Shown here in pieces: positions 18,099 to 26,714 of a stretch of 64,000 nt of DNA. The position numbers were made by a program, and so were the translations under genes. Each line of letters starts with the position of its first letter. The first letter of the stretch is position 1. The notes beneath the pieces are model-generated. The model saw nothing but the letters and a program-made list of their open reading frames with translations, was not told where the DNA came from and did not search any database. The DNA comes from a bacterium (GTDB lineage Bacteria; Myxococcota_A; UBA9042), in the NCBI GenBank assembly GCA_030425545.1, contig JAUIAC010000003.1:3857-67856 (forward strand), written 5' to 3'.

Positions 18099-19558
18099 CA
18101 GTGGGCTCCCTTGCGCGCGAGGACCGCTGGCACGGTGCGCACCAGGATGCTCATGTCGGTCAACACCGAGTTGTTGCCGATGTAGTCGAGGTCCATGAAC
18201 GCGCGCTCGGGGTAGCGCACGTCGGACCGACCCGACACCTGCCAGAGGCCCGTGATTCCAGGCCGCACGGAGAGAAAGAGCGCGGTGTACGGGCGGTAGT
18301 GCTCGATCTCTGCCGGCACGATGGGGCGCGGCCCGACCATCGACATCTCGCCGCGGAGCACGTTGACCAGCTGCGGGAGCTCGTCGAGGCTCGACTTGCG
18401 CAGGAAGCGACCCAAGGGCGAGATGCGCGGGTCTTCGTCCTCCGGCAGCTTGAAGTCGTTGTCGACGTAGCGCTTGTAGAGGGCAGGGTCGCGCCGCAGC
18501 GCCTCTTCGGCGTCCACCCGCATGCTGCGGAACTTGAAAAGGCGAAAGGTCTCCCCTCCGACGCCCAGACGCTGCTGCGCGAAGAGCACGGGCCCGGGGT
18601 CGACCACCTTCAGCAGCGCGGCGACCACGGCCATGACCGGCGCGAAGACCAGCAGCGCGCCGGTGGCGATGGCCACGTCGGCGATGCGCTTCGCCGTCGC
18701 GCCCACCTCGTCCTTCGGCATCGGTCCCCACGAGAGCATGGGGATGCCCTCGAACTCCGTGACGCGCCCCCGGACGCCATGGGGCCCGCCCTCGAGCGTG
18801 GACACCATGGACACGACGCGCCCGCGCTCCGTGAGCGTCTGCACGACAGGCGCGAGGGTCGCCAGCTCATGGGCGCCACCGACCACGAACACCTCGTCCA
18901 CCGGGTGGGCGATCAGCACCTCGTCGAGCGCCGCCAGGTCGCCCAGCACCGGCAGGCTGCCGACCCGGTCGGGACGGTCACCGTCGCCGCTCCAGACCAC
19001 ACCTACGGCCTCGTAGCCCGCGTCGGCCGCGTCGTGCAGCGCCTGCCCGAACCAGGAGGCCGGCTGACCCGCGGCCACCAGGAGCGCGTGTCGGCGAAAC
19101 TGCGAGCTGGCGCTCAGCCGTCGGACGAAGCCGCGCATGAACAGGTCTTTGGCCAGCAGCAGCAGGGCTCCGACCACGAAGTAGTAGCCGAAGAAGAGGC
19201 GACTGACGGTGGCGAGCTTGACCGTGAACACGGCGGCCGACGTGGCGAGCACGGCCCAGGCCAGCCCGCGCACGTGGAGCAAGAGCAGCCGCAGCAGCGT
19301 CCCGCGGTGGGGCACGAGATAGCCGCGCGCGTTGCGCAGCCCCCAGGTCCATGCAGCCGCGCTCACGCCCAGCAAGAGGGCGTAGTCGGTGCCGTAGACG
19401 TCGCGCCAGCGCCACGGGGTCGCCGGGATGTCGCTCAGCAGCGGCAGCGCGTCGTGGGCGCGACGCAGCACAAACGCGAGGCCGAACGCGGTCCCAGCGC
19501 ACAGGAGGTCGAGCAGCGTGTGAGACCCGCGCAGGGTGCGCGCGCGCTCCTTGAACAT
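18098..19558 (-). CDS. Polyprenyl-phosphate sugar-phosphate transferase (WbaP/EpsZ/CpsE-type priming glycosyltransferase for EPS/O-antigen)
   Basis: N-terminal TM segments, a central CoA_binding_3-like region, and the C-terminal bacterial sugar-transferase domain ([12 protein letters not shown]...RLFKFRSM...DELPQL...[10 protein letters not shown]). ATG at 19558 confirmed by residue count. Confidence 0.85.
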   Translation of the reverse strand: MFKERARTLRGSHTLLDLLCAGTAFGLAFVLRRAHDALPLLSDIPATPWRWRDVYGTDYALLLGVSAAAWTWGLRNARGYLVPHRGTLLRLLLLHVRGLAWAVLATSAAVFTVKLATVSRLFFGYYFVVGALLLLAKDLFMRGFVRRLSASSQFRRHALLVAAGQPASWFGQALHDAADAGYEAVGVVWSGDGDRPDRVGSLPVLGDLAALDEVLIAHPVDEVFVVGGAHELATLAPVVQTLTERGRVVSMVSTLEGGPHGVRGRVTEFEGIPMLSWGPMPKDEVGATAKRIADVAIATGALLVFAPVMAVVAALLKVVDPGPVLFAQQRLGVGGETFRLFKFRSMRVDAEEALRRDPALYKRYVDNDFKLPEDEDPRISPLGRFLRKSSLDELPQLVNVLRGEMSMVGPRPIVPAEIEHYRPYTALFLSVRPGITGLWQVSGRSDVRYPERAFMDLDYIGNNSVLTDMSILVRTVPAVLARKGAH

Positions 19559-19654
19559 GTGATCTCCATGAGGTGCCCAGCGCGGGCGCGTCAGGGTAGA
19601 GGTGCGCGGCAGGGCCTTCAAGGCGGACGTGCGCAGGCGTGTATGCTTGCGCCC

Positions 19655-21214
19655 ATGGTGGACCGGCGGTGGCGATGGGCGGGCGTGTTGGTGTGCGTGG
19701 TGACCGCGGTGTCGCAGCTGTCGACCGCGACGGAGCGGCTCCATCGGCCTGTGTGGGTGCCAGGGGCGAGCGTGGCGCTGAGCCGCGACGTCGGTGGGTG
19801 GCTCGGGTCTCCGGCCACGACGCTGGCGACCCGAGGCGCGTCGCTCGGGCTCCGGGGCGCGTTGGGCGGGGCGTCGCGTGACGACGAGCGCGGCGCCGGC
19901 TGGGCGTTGACGGGGGCGCTGCCGCTCGGGCCGATTCAGCTGGGGGTCGCCATGGTCCACGGGGTCGACCCGGCGCCGCTGGCCGAGCCGACGCCCGCCC
20001 TGGCGCCCTCGCAGTGGGTCCTGGGGCTCGCCGGTCGCCTGGACGGCTGGTTTGACCTGGGGGCCGCGCTGCACGTTCAACAGGACCTCACGAGCGACCT
20101 CGGCGCGCTCACGACCCTGGATCTCGGGGTCCGCGCCGCGCCGTGGCGCTGGCTCTCGGTCGGCGTGCACGTCCGCGACCTGCTCGGTGGCACGCTCTTT
20201 CGCTATCCGCCGAGCGCCGCCGTGATCGCGGGGCCGCTGGTGCAGGTCGGCGCGGCGCTGCACCTCTTCGACCGCCAGGTGCAGCTGGCGGTCGACCTTC
20301 GCTGGCCCAACGCCGGCGACGTGGACATGGCGTCGCTGCAGGCGTCGTGGCGACGTCCGTCTGGCAGCGTCGTCGGGGTGCAGCTGCGGTGGGGGCTCGT
20401 CGACGCGGTGGGCGGCGGCCTGCGCGACACCCGCGCGGTCGCCTTTGTCCGTCTGCCGGCGCGGGGCCTGTGGGGAGACGCCGCCTTGCGGCTGGACCGG
20501 ACGACGGGCAACCACGCCGGCGCGGACGTGGGCGTGGCGTGGACCCACGCTCCGCCGCGCGGGTTCTGGGCGGACCTGGGCCGCCGGTGGCGCCGACGGC
20601 GCCGCGTCCAGGCGGCGCGACGGACGAGCGCGGGGCACCTGACGCACATCGCGCGGCGTCAGGCGCGCGGCTGGGAAGGGCCGCTGGCCGGGGCGGAGCA
20701 GCGCGCCGCGGCCGCCGTTGCGCGCGCCTACCTGCGCATCGCCGCGGCCTTTGCCCAGGAGGACACGGCGGCGCTCTGCGCCGCGTTCGCCCCGCAGGTG
20801 CGCCTCGACGTGACCTCAGCGAACCCAGCGGTGCAGGGCACGCTCGCCACGTCACGGGCGCTGGCGTGTGCCGCGCTCCGACAACCCGGGTCGCTCTGGG
20901 CGCGCTACCTGCGAGAGCTCGGCCCGGCCGCCGTCCACGCCGACGCGCCCACCTATGTCGGCCGGCTCTTCGCCATGCACGGCAGCCCCTACGAGTGGGT
21001 GCCGCGGGCGCAGGAGCGCGCCTACCGGCTGGCCATGCGCAAGGCCAGTCGGCGCTGTCACACGTGGCGGGTGCTGCCGGTGCGCCGCGTCGCCGAGGGT
21101 CGCCGCGTGGTCGATGTGGTGGTGCTGTGCGAGGGCGTGCGCGACTTCGTGATGCAGCTGGAGGGCAGCACGGGGGCTGGCTATCGGCTGCGCAAGCTGC
21201 TGCTCGAACGCTAG
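19655..21214 (+). CDS. Hypothetical secreted protein
   Basis: Signal-peptide-like MVDRRWRWAGVLVCVVTAVSQLSTA. The start is ambiguous (19568/19643/19655). The upstream part of the 18101..21214 ORF is antisense to the sugar transferase. Confidence 0.4.
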   Translation: MVDRRWRWAGVLVCVVTAVSQLSTATERLHRPVWVPGASVALSRDVGGWLGSPATTLATRGASLGLRGALGGASRDDERGAGWALTGALPLGPIQLGVAMVHGVDPAPLAEPTPALAPSQWVLGLAGRLDGWFDLGAALHVQQDLTSDLGALTTLDLGVRAAPWRWLSVGVHVRDLLGGTLFRYPPSAAVIAGPLVQVGAALHLFDRQVQLAVDLRWPNAGDVDMASLQASWRRPSGSVVGVQLRWGLVDAVGGGLRDTRAVAFVRLPARGLWGDAALRLDRTTGNHAGADVGVAWTHAPPRGFWADLGRRWRRRRRVQAARRTSAGHLTHIARRQARGWEGPLAGAEQRAAAAVARAYLRIAAAFAQEDTAALCAAFAPQVRLDVTSANPAVQGTLATSRALACAALRQPGSLWARYLRELGPAAVHADAPTYVGRLFAMHGSPYEWVPRAQERAYRLAMRKASRRCHTWRVLPVRRVAEGRRVVDVVVLCEGVRDFVMQLEGSTGAGYRLRKLLLER

Positions 21215-21376
21215 GTGTGTGCCATGGGCGTCGGTGGCTTCGTCGCGCTGGCACGTCGTCCCGCGCCTCCGCGCTGGGCCAGGGCCCGTCCCGCGCACCT
21301 GACAAGCCACGGGGCTCGGCCGGCGCGCGAAGCCCATCTGAGCTCTCATGCGCGCTCCTGTCGGCCGGCGCGCGCG

Positions 21377-22327
21377 CTACCAGCTGACGCCGTAGCGCAG
21401 CGAGAACGCGGGCAGCAAGGCGTAGTCAGCGGTGGCGGGATAAGCGTCGCCGAGCAGGAGCAGCGCGCCGACCTCGAGCCGCAGCAGACGGTCCCGGCCT
21501 GGACCGTGGCGCCACGTTGCGCCGCCGCCGGCGCCCCACCACACCGCCCGGACGGCGCGGTCGGCGGCGAAGAGGCCCCGGCCCGAGCCGAGGGCCACAG
21601 ACGTCGGCGAGAGCCGCGCGTCGCTCGGGCCGCCGGCGTTGCCCAGCGCGGCGGTCCACAGGTCGAGCGTGACGGGGCCGAGGCGATGCGGCGCGCCGTG
21701 CACACCGATCCGCCAGCTGAAGCCGCCGCTGTCGACAGCGGTGCCGACGCCGACCGAGACGCTGCGCTCGCCACCGAGCAGGGCGTCGACGCAGACCAGC
21801 AGCCCGACCGGGAAGGCGACCCCTGCGGTGACATCGAGGGGGACCTCGCCGGTGCGCGACGCCGCTGAGGTGACGTCGGTGTCCGCGTTGCCGTTGCGGA
21901 GCGAGGGCGGGGCCGGGAGCACGCAGAGCCCGTCCTGACAGCTGCGCTCAATGGGGCAGTGCAGGTCTTCGGTGCAGGCCCGCCGGACGCAGCGGTGGCC
22001 CCGGCACAGCCGGCCGGCGGCGCAGTCGGCGCTCGCCTCGCATTGGACGACGACGCAGCGGTGGGCGCGGCACAGGCGGGTGCCGAGGCAGTCGCCGTCC
22101 TGGTTGCAGGGGCCGGCGCTGGCGTGAAAGGGCGGCGCCGCGCGGATCGGGGTCGCGGACGCCGTGTAGAGCAGGGCCGCGGCCGCGGCGAGTCCGACCG
22201 CCAGGGCGCGCGGGCGATGGCCTTGCGGCGGAGGGCTGGCAGTCTTCGGACCCATGCCGGCCAGCCTACGGCGTGCCAGAGGCGGTGCAAAGCGCCGAAG
22301 AACGCGCCGCAAGACGCCTCGCCGCAT
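21377..22327 (-). CDS. Putative outer-membrane beta-barrel protein with an N-terminal Cys-rich triple repeat
   Basis: Three CxxxxDCxxGxxCxxxRCV repeats, then Gly/aromatic-rich strands ending in ...LRYGVSW, a C-terminal aromatic OMP signature. The start may instead be the internal Met near 22255. Confidence 0.45.
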   Translation of the reverse strand: MRRGVLRRVLRRFAPPLARRRLAGMGPKTASPPPQGHRPRALAVGLAAAAALLYTASATPIRAAPPFHASAGPCNQDGDCLGTRLCRAHRCVVVQCEASADCAAGRLCRGHRCVRRACTEDLHCPIERSCQDGLCVLPAPPSLRNGNADTDVTSAASRTGEVPLDVTAGVAFPVGLLVCVDALLGGERSVSVGVGTAVDSGGFSWRIGVHGAPHRLGPVTLDLWTAALGNAGGPSDARLSPTSVALGSGRGLFAADRAVRAVWWGAGGGATWRHGPGRDRLLRLEVGALLLLGDAYPATADYALLPAFSLRYGVSW

Positions 22328-22402
22328 CCACAGGCCGAACGAGACGCCTGACGGCGAGGCGACCCACGAGCCGCAGCCCCGGGATCCCGCCGTGGCCCTC
22401 GG

Positions 22403-23581
22403 TTAGCGCAGAACGACCCGGCTCACCAGGTCGCGCGTCATGTTCTTCTGATGCGCCTCGTTCGTCCCACCACCAATCTCCAGCAGCTTCGCGTCACGCC
22501 ACAGGCGCTCGACCTTGTATTCGGCCACGTAGCCGAAGCCGCCCAGCACCTGAATCGCGCGGTCGGCCACGTTCTTCGCCATGGTCGAGCAGTAGAGCTT
22601 CACCCCGTCGCTGTCGATGCGGTTGCCGAAGCTGTCCAGCGCCATGTTCGCCGCCGTGGCGTACACGTAGCTCCGCCCGGCCATGTACTCCGCGTACGAC
22701 TCCGCGATGTGCCGCTGAATCTGGCCAAAGCGGTTGATCGGCTGCCCGAAGGCCTGCCGCTCGTTGGCGTAGCGGTTCATGATCTCCACGCTGCGCCGCG
22801 CGATGCCCAGGCTCATGGCGGCCAGGGTCAGGCGCTCCAGCTCCAGGTTGCGCATCATCGACCGCACCGCGTTGCCCTCGCTGCCCACGAGGTTGGCCGC
22901 GGGCACCCGCACGTCCTCGAACACCAGCTCGGCCGTCGTCGACGCCCGCATGCCCAGCTTGCCTTTGATCTTCTGCCCGAGCTTGAAGCCAGGCATGCCC
23001 TTCTCCACCAGGAAGAGGCTCAGCGCCTTGGCGCCCTTGCCCCCGGTCCGCGCGTAGACCAGGAACACGTCGCCGAGGTCCGTGTCCGTGACGGCGCCGT
23101 TGGTGATCCACATCTTGGCGCCGTTCAGCACCCAGTCGTCCCCGTCCCGCACCGCTGTGGTGCTCATGCCCAGCACGTCGGTCCCGGCGCCGGGCTCGCT
23201 CATGCACATGCCGCCGATCTTCTTCCCGCTGCAGGCGTCCGGCAGCAGGCGGGCTCGCTGCTCGTCGTTGCCGTTGAGCGCCAGGTTGTTCACGAAGAGC
23301 ATGCTGTGGGCGAGGTAGGCCAGGCAGAAGCCGGGGTCCGCCGCCGACAGCTCCTCGTGCACGATCACCGCCGCAGCGGCGTCCATCCCGGAGCCGCCGA
23401 AGCGCTCGGGGACCGTGATGCCCAGCAGCCCGAGGTCGCCGAGCTTGCGGAAGAGCGGGATGTTGAATCGCTCGGCGTGATCGTGGGCCTCCGCCTGCGG
23501 ATCGACCTCTTTCTCGGCGAACTCACGCACCATCGCGCGCAGGGCCTGATGCTCTTCGGTGGGGTTGAACAGATCGCTCAT
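22403..23581 (-). CDS. Acyl-CoA dehydrogenase, isovaleryl-CoA dehydrogenase-like
   Basis: 392-aa ACAD with conserved GGSGMD, CMSEPGAGTD and WITNG... segments and a C-terminal catalytic Glu region. Best resemblance is to IVD/LiuA-type enzymes. Confidence 0.85.
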   Translation of the reverse strand: MSDLFNPTEEHQALRAMVREFAEKEVDPQAEAHDHAERFNIPLFRKLGDLGLLGITVPERFGGSGMDAAAAVIVHEELSAADPGFCLAYLAHSMLFVNNLALNGNDEQRARLLPDACSGKKIGGMCMSEPGAGTDVLGMSTTAVRDGDDWVLNGAKMWITNGAVTDTDLGDVFLVYARTGGKGAKALSLFLVEKGMPGFKLGQKIKGKLGMRASTTAELVFEDVRVPAANLVGSEGNAVRSMMRNLELERLTLAAMSLGIARRSVEIMNRYANERQAFGQPINRFGQIQRHIAESYAEYMAGRSYVYATAANMALDSFGNRIDSDGVKLYCSTMAKNVADRAIQVLGGFGYVAEYKVERLWRDAKLLEIGGGTNEAHQKNMTRDLVSRVVLR

Positions 23582-23722
23582 CGGGGCCTCCAGGCTGCGG
23601 GTCGTCGGGGTCTATCACACGGCGTGAGGCCGCGGAAGCAGGGCGCGTCGGCGCACCGGCGCTATGTTGTACCCTCCCCACGACGCCCTGACCGGCCCCT
23701 GAGCGCGCCACCGGACCGACCC

Positions 23723-24199
23723 ATGCCCACCGCCACCGCCACCGACCTCCTCCTCCTCCTGCAGCGGGCTGCGGCGGCCCGCGATCCCGACGTCCGCGCC
23801 GACACCCTCGACGAGGCGATGCGCTCCGGCCTGCCCGCGGCCGCGTCCGATGTCGTCGCGCTGGCCCACACCGCCGAGCAGCGTGCGGCTGTGTTGATGT
23901 GGATGCGGCTCTTCCCAGGTGCCGCCGACCTCGCGTTCATCGCCGCGTGTCAGGCCGCCGAGACCCCCGCGGTCCGCGCCGCCGCCGCGTCGGCGCTGCA
24001 GCTGGTCCCCCTCGACGCCGCCGCCGGGCGATATCAGCAGGCGTTGCGCGACCCCGACGTGTCGGTGCGCGTACGCGCCGTGCGAACCCTCGGAGAGCGC
24101 CGCGAGCCCGCCGCGTCGCCGCTGTTGACCGGCGCGCTCGCCGACCCAGACGAGGGCGTGCGTTCCTGGGCGACGTGGGCGTTGGAGCGCTGCCAGTGA
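23723..24199 (+). CDS. HEAT-repeat (PBS-lyase-type) protein, 158 aa
   Basis: Repeated DPDVRVRxxAxxALG-like units (DPDVSVRVRAVRTLG, DPDEGVRSWATWAL). Its TGA overlaps the GTG of the downstream gene (GTGA). Confidence 0.65.
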   Translation: MPTATATDLLLLLQRAAAARDPDVRADTLDEAMRSGLPAAASDVVALAHTAEQRAAVLMWMRLFPGAADLAFIAACQAAETPAVRAAAASALQLVPLDAAAGRYQQALRDPDVSVRVRAVRTLGERREPAASPLLTGALADPDEGVRSWATWALERCQ

Positions 24200-26067
24200 G
24201 CTCGCGCGGTCGCCCCGACAGCCGCGCCCCCGACGCGGGTCGCCCCCAGCCTGCCTCCGGATCAGCCCACGCGCCGACGCCGCGGTCTCGGTGGCAGCTC
24301 CCCAACCTCGGCCTCGGGCTGGGGCTGCGGCCGGAGCACGTCCACGACATCCTCGACACCCAACCCGACGTGGGTTGGTTCGAGGTCATCACGGAGAACG
24401 TGCTGCACCACGAGGGCTGGTTCAGGTCTGCCGTCGACGCGGTCCGCGAGCGCTATCCCGTGGTGCTCCACGGCGTGTCGCTGTCCATCGGTTCGAGCGA
24501 CCCCCTCCCGCTGGCCTACCTGCGCGCGGTGAAGACGCTGGCCGACGAGCTCGAGGTGGCCTGGGTGAGCGATCACGTCTGCTGGACCGGCGTCGGTGGC
24601 CGCAACAGCCACGACCTGCTCCCCGTGCCCTACGACGAGCGCAGCCTGCGGTGGATCGTCGACCGCGTCCGCCAGGTCCAGGAGATCCTGGAGCGGCCGA
24701 TCATGCTCGAGAACCCGTCGAGCTACCTTGGCTTCACCGGCTCGACCCTGACCGAGTGGGACTTTCACGCGCGGCTGGCGAGGGAGGCGGACTGCGGTCT
24801 CCTGCTCGACGTCAACAACGTCTTTGTCAGCAGCGTGAACCATGGCTTCGACCCGGGCGCGTGGCTGGCCGCGGTGCCGTGGGACCGCGTCGCGCACCTG
24901 CATGTCGCCGGACACTCCGACCTGGGGACCCACCTGCTCGACACGCACATCGGCCCGGTCTGCGACGCGGTGTGGCAGCTGCTTGGCCGGGCGCTGCAGG
25001 CGGGGGGGCCGCGGCCGGTGATGCTCGAGTGGGACGACGAGATCCCCGCGTTCGCCGAGGTGTGGCAGGAGGCGCAGCGCGCTCAAGCCGCTCTGGACGC
25101 TGTTGATTCTTGGTCGGGCCGGTCGACAATGGACCATGTCTCACAGCGAGACATTGGCTCCAAGGGCCCGCCGCTGTCGCGTGGCCGGGACAGGCAGGGC
25201 GCCGACCAAACGCAGGCTGAGCTCGCGCAGGCGCAGACCTGGCTTTTTGACCTGGTCTCGGGGCAGCCCAACGCCGACACGCGCCGCATCGCCAGCGAGG
25301 TCACGCCCACCCGCCGGCTCACGGCCGCGGAGCGGGTCGACATCTATCGCGACATGATCCGCGTCCGCTTCCTGGAGGCCATGGAGCTTGATTTTGTCGC
25401 CGTCCAGCGCGCGCTCGGGGAGGAGCGCTTCGCCGCGCTCGTGGCCCGCTACCTGCGTCAGCACCCGTCGCAGCACTGGGCGCTGGAACAGCTGGGCGCG
25501 GCCTTCCCCGGCTGGCTGCGGTCCCAGGCGGACGAGGGTGTCGACCCGGCGTGGATCGCCGACGCGGCGACGCTGGAGTGGGCGCTCGTTCGTGCAGGCT
25601 GGCCGCCCGAACAGCCGGTCTTCGACACCGCGGCGCTCGCCGCCGTGCCACCGGAGTCCCAGGGCCAGATTCGCCTGCAGGCGGCTGCGACCACCGAGCT
25701 CTGGGACGTGTCCACGCCGGCCTTCGACGCCGTCGCCCGAGCGTGGGGCCACGCGGCCGCGGACACGCCGGCGGCGTCGGGGTCACCGGCGCCGTCCACC
25801 GCCACCCACGGAGACGTGGGGAACGCTGTGACAGCCCTCGTCTATCGCGACGGCTGGCAGGTCAAGCTCCGCGCCCTCCCCGCGACCGAGGCTGCGGTGT
25901 TGCGGCCGCTGGTCGCCGGCGCCTCGCTCGCCGCCGCGCTCGAGGCCGCCGCGGCCGCGCACGACATCGACGTCATCATCGCGTCGCTGGGCAGCTGGAC
26001 CCAGCGCTGGGCGCGTGAGCGTGTGTTGACCGGCCTGGCCAGCCGCCCTGCGACGCGCACCGCATGA
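24196..26067 (+). CDS. Fusion of a DUF692 (MNIO, multinuclear non-haem iron oxidative enzyme; MbnB/TglH/BufB family) domain and a DUF2063 (MbnC/BufC-like partner) domain
   Basis: LPNLGLGLGLRPEHV... is a classic DUF692 TIM-barrel start. Further DUF692 segments are LENPSSY, LLLDVNNVFVSS and HLHVAGH. The C-terminal ~300 aa (RRLTAAERVDIYRDMIRVRFLEAMEL...) match DUF2063. There is no stop between the domains. The proposed GTG start at 24196 overlaps the HEAT gene's stop. Confidence 0.8.
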   Translation: MSSRGRPDSRAPDAGRPQPASGSAHAPTPRSRWQLPNLGLGLGLRPEHVHDILDTQPDVGWFEVITENVLHHEGWFRSAVDAVRERYPVVLHGVSLSIGSSDPLPLAYLRAVKTLADELEVAWVSDHVCWTGVGGRNSHDLLPVPYDERSLRWIVDRVRQVQEILERPIMLENPSSYLGFTGSTLTEWDFHARLAREADCGLLLDVNNVFVSSVNHGFDPGAWLAAVPWDRVAHLHVAGHSDLGTHLLDTHIGPVCDAVWQLLGRALQAGGPRPVMLEWDDEIPAFAEVWQEAQRAQAALDAVDSWSGRSTMDHVSQRDIGSKGPPLSRGRDRQGADQTQAELAQAQTWLFDLVSGQPNADTRRIASEVTPTRRLTAAERVDIYRDMIRVRFLEAMELDFVAVQRALGEERFAALVARYLRQHPSQHWALEQLGAAFPGWLRSQADEGVDPAWIADAATLEWALVRAGWPPEQPVFDTAALAAVPPESQGQIRLQAAATTELWDVSTPAFDAVARAWGHAAADTPAASGSPAPSTATHGDVGNAVTALVYRDGWQVKLRALPATEAAVLRPLVAGASLAAALEAAAAAHDIDVIIASLGSWTQRWARERVLTGLASRPATRTA

Positions 26068-26094
26068 CGCGCCGCGCGCGGGCATTGACGCGCT

Positions 26095-26289
26095 GTGTCA
26101 TAGCGTGACACTGCCGCAGCGGCGCCCGTCCCTACGGAGGCGATCGGCGGAAAATCAAGCTGTTCGAGGCAAGAGAGGCCCGCGGGGCCAGCGCGCGAAG
26201 GCGCGGCAACCGTGTGTCGCACTGTGACACCCGGCCCCCAGCGCCCGATTGGGCCGCGGTGTCGGGCCTTGGTGTCGCAGGGCGAGACA
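26095..26289 (+). promoter_or_regulatory. Three GTGTC-N5-9-GACAC palindromes, a candidate upstream activator (enhancer-binding protein) site cluster
   Basis: gtgtcaTAGCGtgacac at 26095-26111, gtgtcGCACTGTgacac at 26213-26229, and gtgtcGCAGGGCGAgacac at 26271-26289. They lie 110-300 bp upstream of the sigma-54 -24/-12 element. Confidence 0.35.
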
Positions 26290-26397
26290 CCACTGTCATG
26301 GAACAAGGGGGCAGAGCCGCAGGGGGTGGTCTGAGTTCAAAAATAATAACCAATAATAGCATATGGTTAAGAGAAAGTGGACAAATCTGGGGAACAA

Positions 26398-26413
26398 TGG
26401 CCCGGGTGTTGCA
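26398..26413 (+). promoter_or_regulatory. Sigma-54 (RpoN) -24/-12 promoter
   Basis: TGGCCCGGGTGTTGCA against the consensus TGGCACG-N4-TTGCW. It matches 15 of 16 positions with exact GG...GC spacing. It is preceded by an unusually AT-rich 60-bp tract (aaaataataaccaataatagcatatgg), consistent with an IHF or DNA-bending site. Confidence 0.5.
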
Positions 26414-26423
26414 ATTACAACCA

Positions 26424-26683
26424 GGCAACAACGGAGCAAGCATCATTCCCATGAGTTCCTTCAATCCCGCACTGATATCCTCACACCCCTCCACCGCTCC
26501 CGCGGTGGCCTGTCCACTTCGTCGGCTAGAGTCACGGTGACCTGCCCGCTGCGCATCGTTGGGAAGTGCGCAGCCGGACATCACTGGATGACACCGTAAC
26601 GCTCTGCCGGCGCCTACCTCGACCAACTCTTGCTTCCAAAGGGCAGCGGCCCCGAGTCACCTCGGGGCCGCTCTCCCTTTTGG
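26424..26683 (+). ncRNA. Candidate sigma-54-dependent small transcript (sRNA or leader), ~255 nt, running from the predicted start site to an intrinsic terminator
   Basis: It is bounded by the sigma-54 promoter and a strong hairpin. GC content is locally low and third-codon-position GC is low. The only start-anchored ORF is 29 aa (MSSFNPALISSHPSTAPAVACPLRRLESR), whose codon usage is atypical for this genome. Confidence 0.3.
26645..26683. terminator. Bidirectional rho-independent terminator
   Basis: agcggccccgag-TCAC-ctcggggccgct is a 12-bp perfect stem. It is followed by ctcccTTTTgg on the plus strand and by cccTTTgg on the minus strand. It lies 35 bp downstream of the stop of the 26715..31208 minus-strand gene. 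Confidence 0.6.
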
Positions 26684-26714
26684 ACCCGCCGCCTGAGCGC
26701 ACGGACCAGCTGTC

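Noticed and set aside
18101-19567. 5' half of plus-strand ORF 18101..21214
   Set aside because: It is antisense to the sugar-phosphate transferase. The gene most likely starts at 19655, or at 19568/19643.
26451-26540. 29-aa ORF MSSFNPALISSHPSTAPAVACPLRRLESR within the sigma-54 transcript, considered as a possible MNIO precursor peptide
   Set aside because: It is not accepted as a CDS. Third-codon-position GC is low and its codons are atypical for this genome. It has a single Cys and an over-long Shine-Dalgarno spacing. It is kept only as an alternative hypothesis under the ncRNA call.
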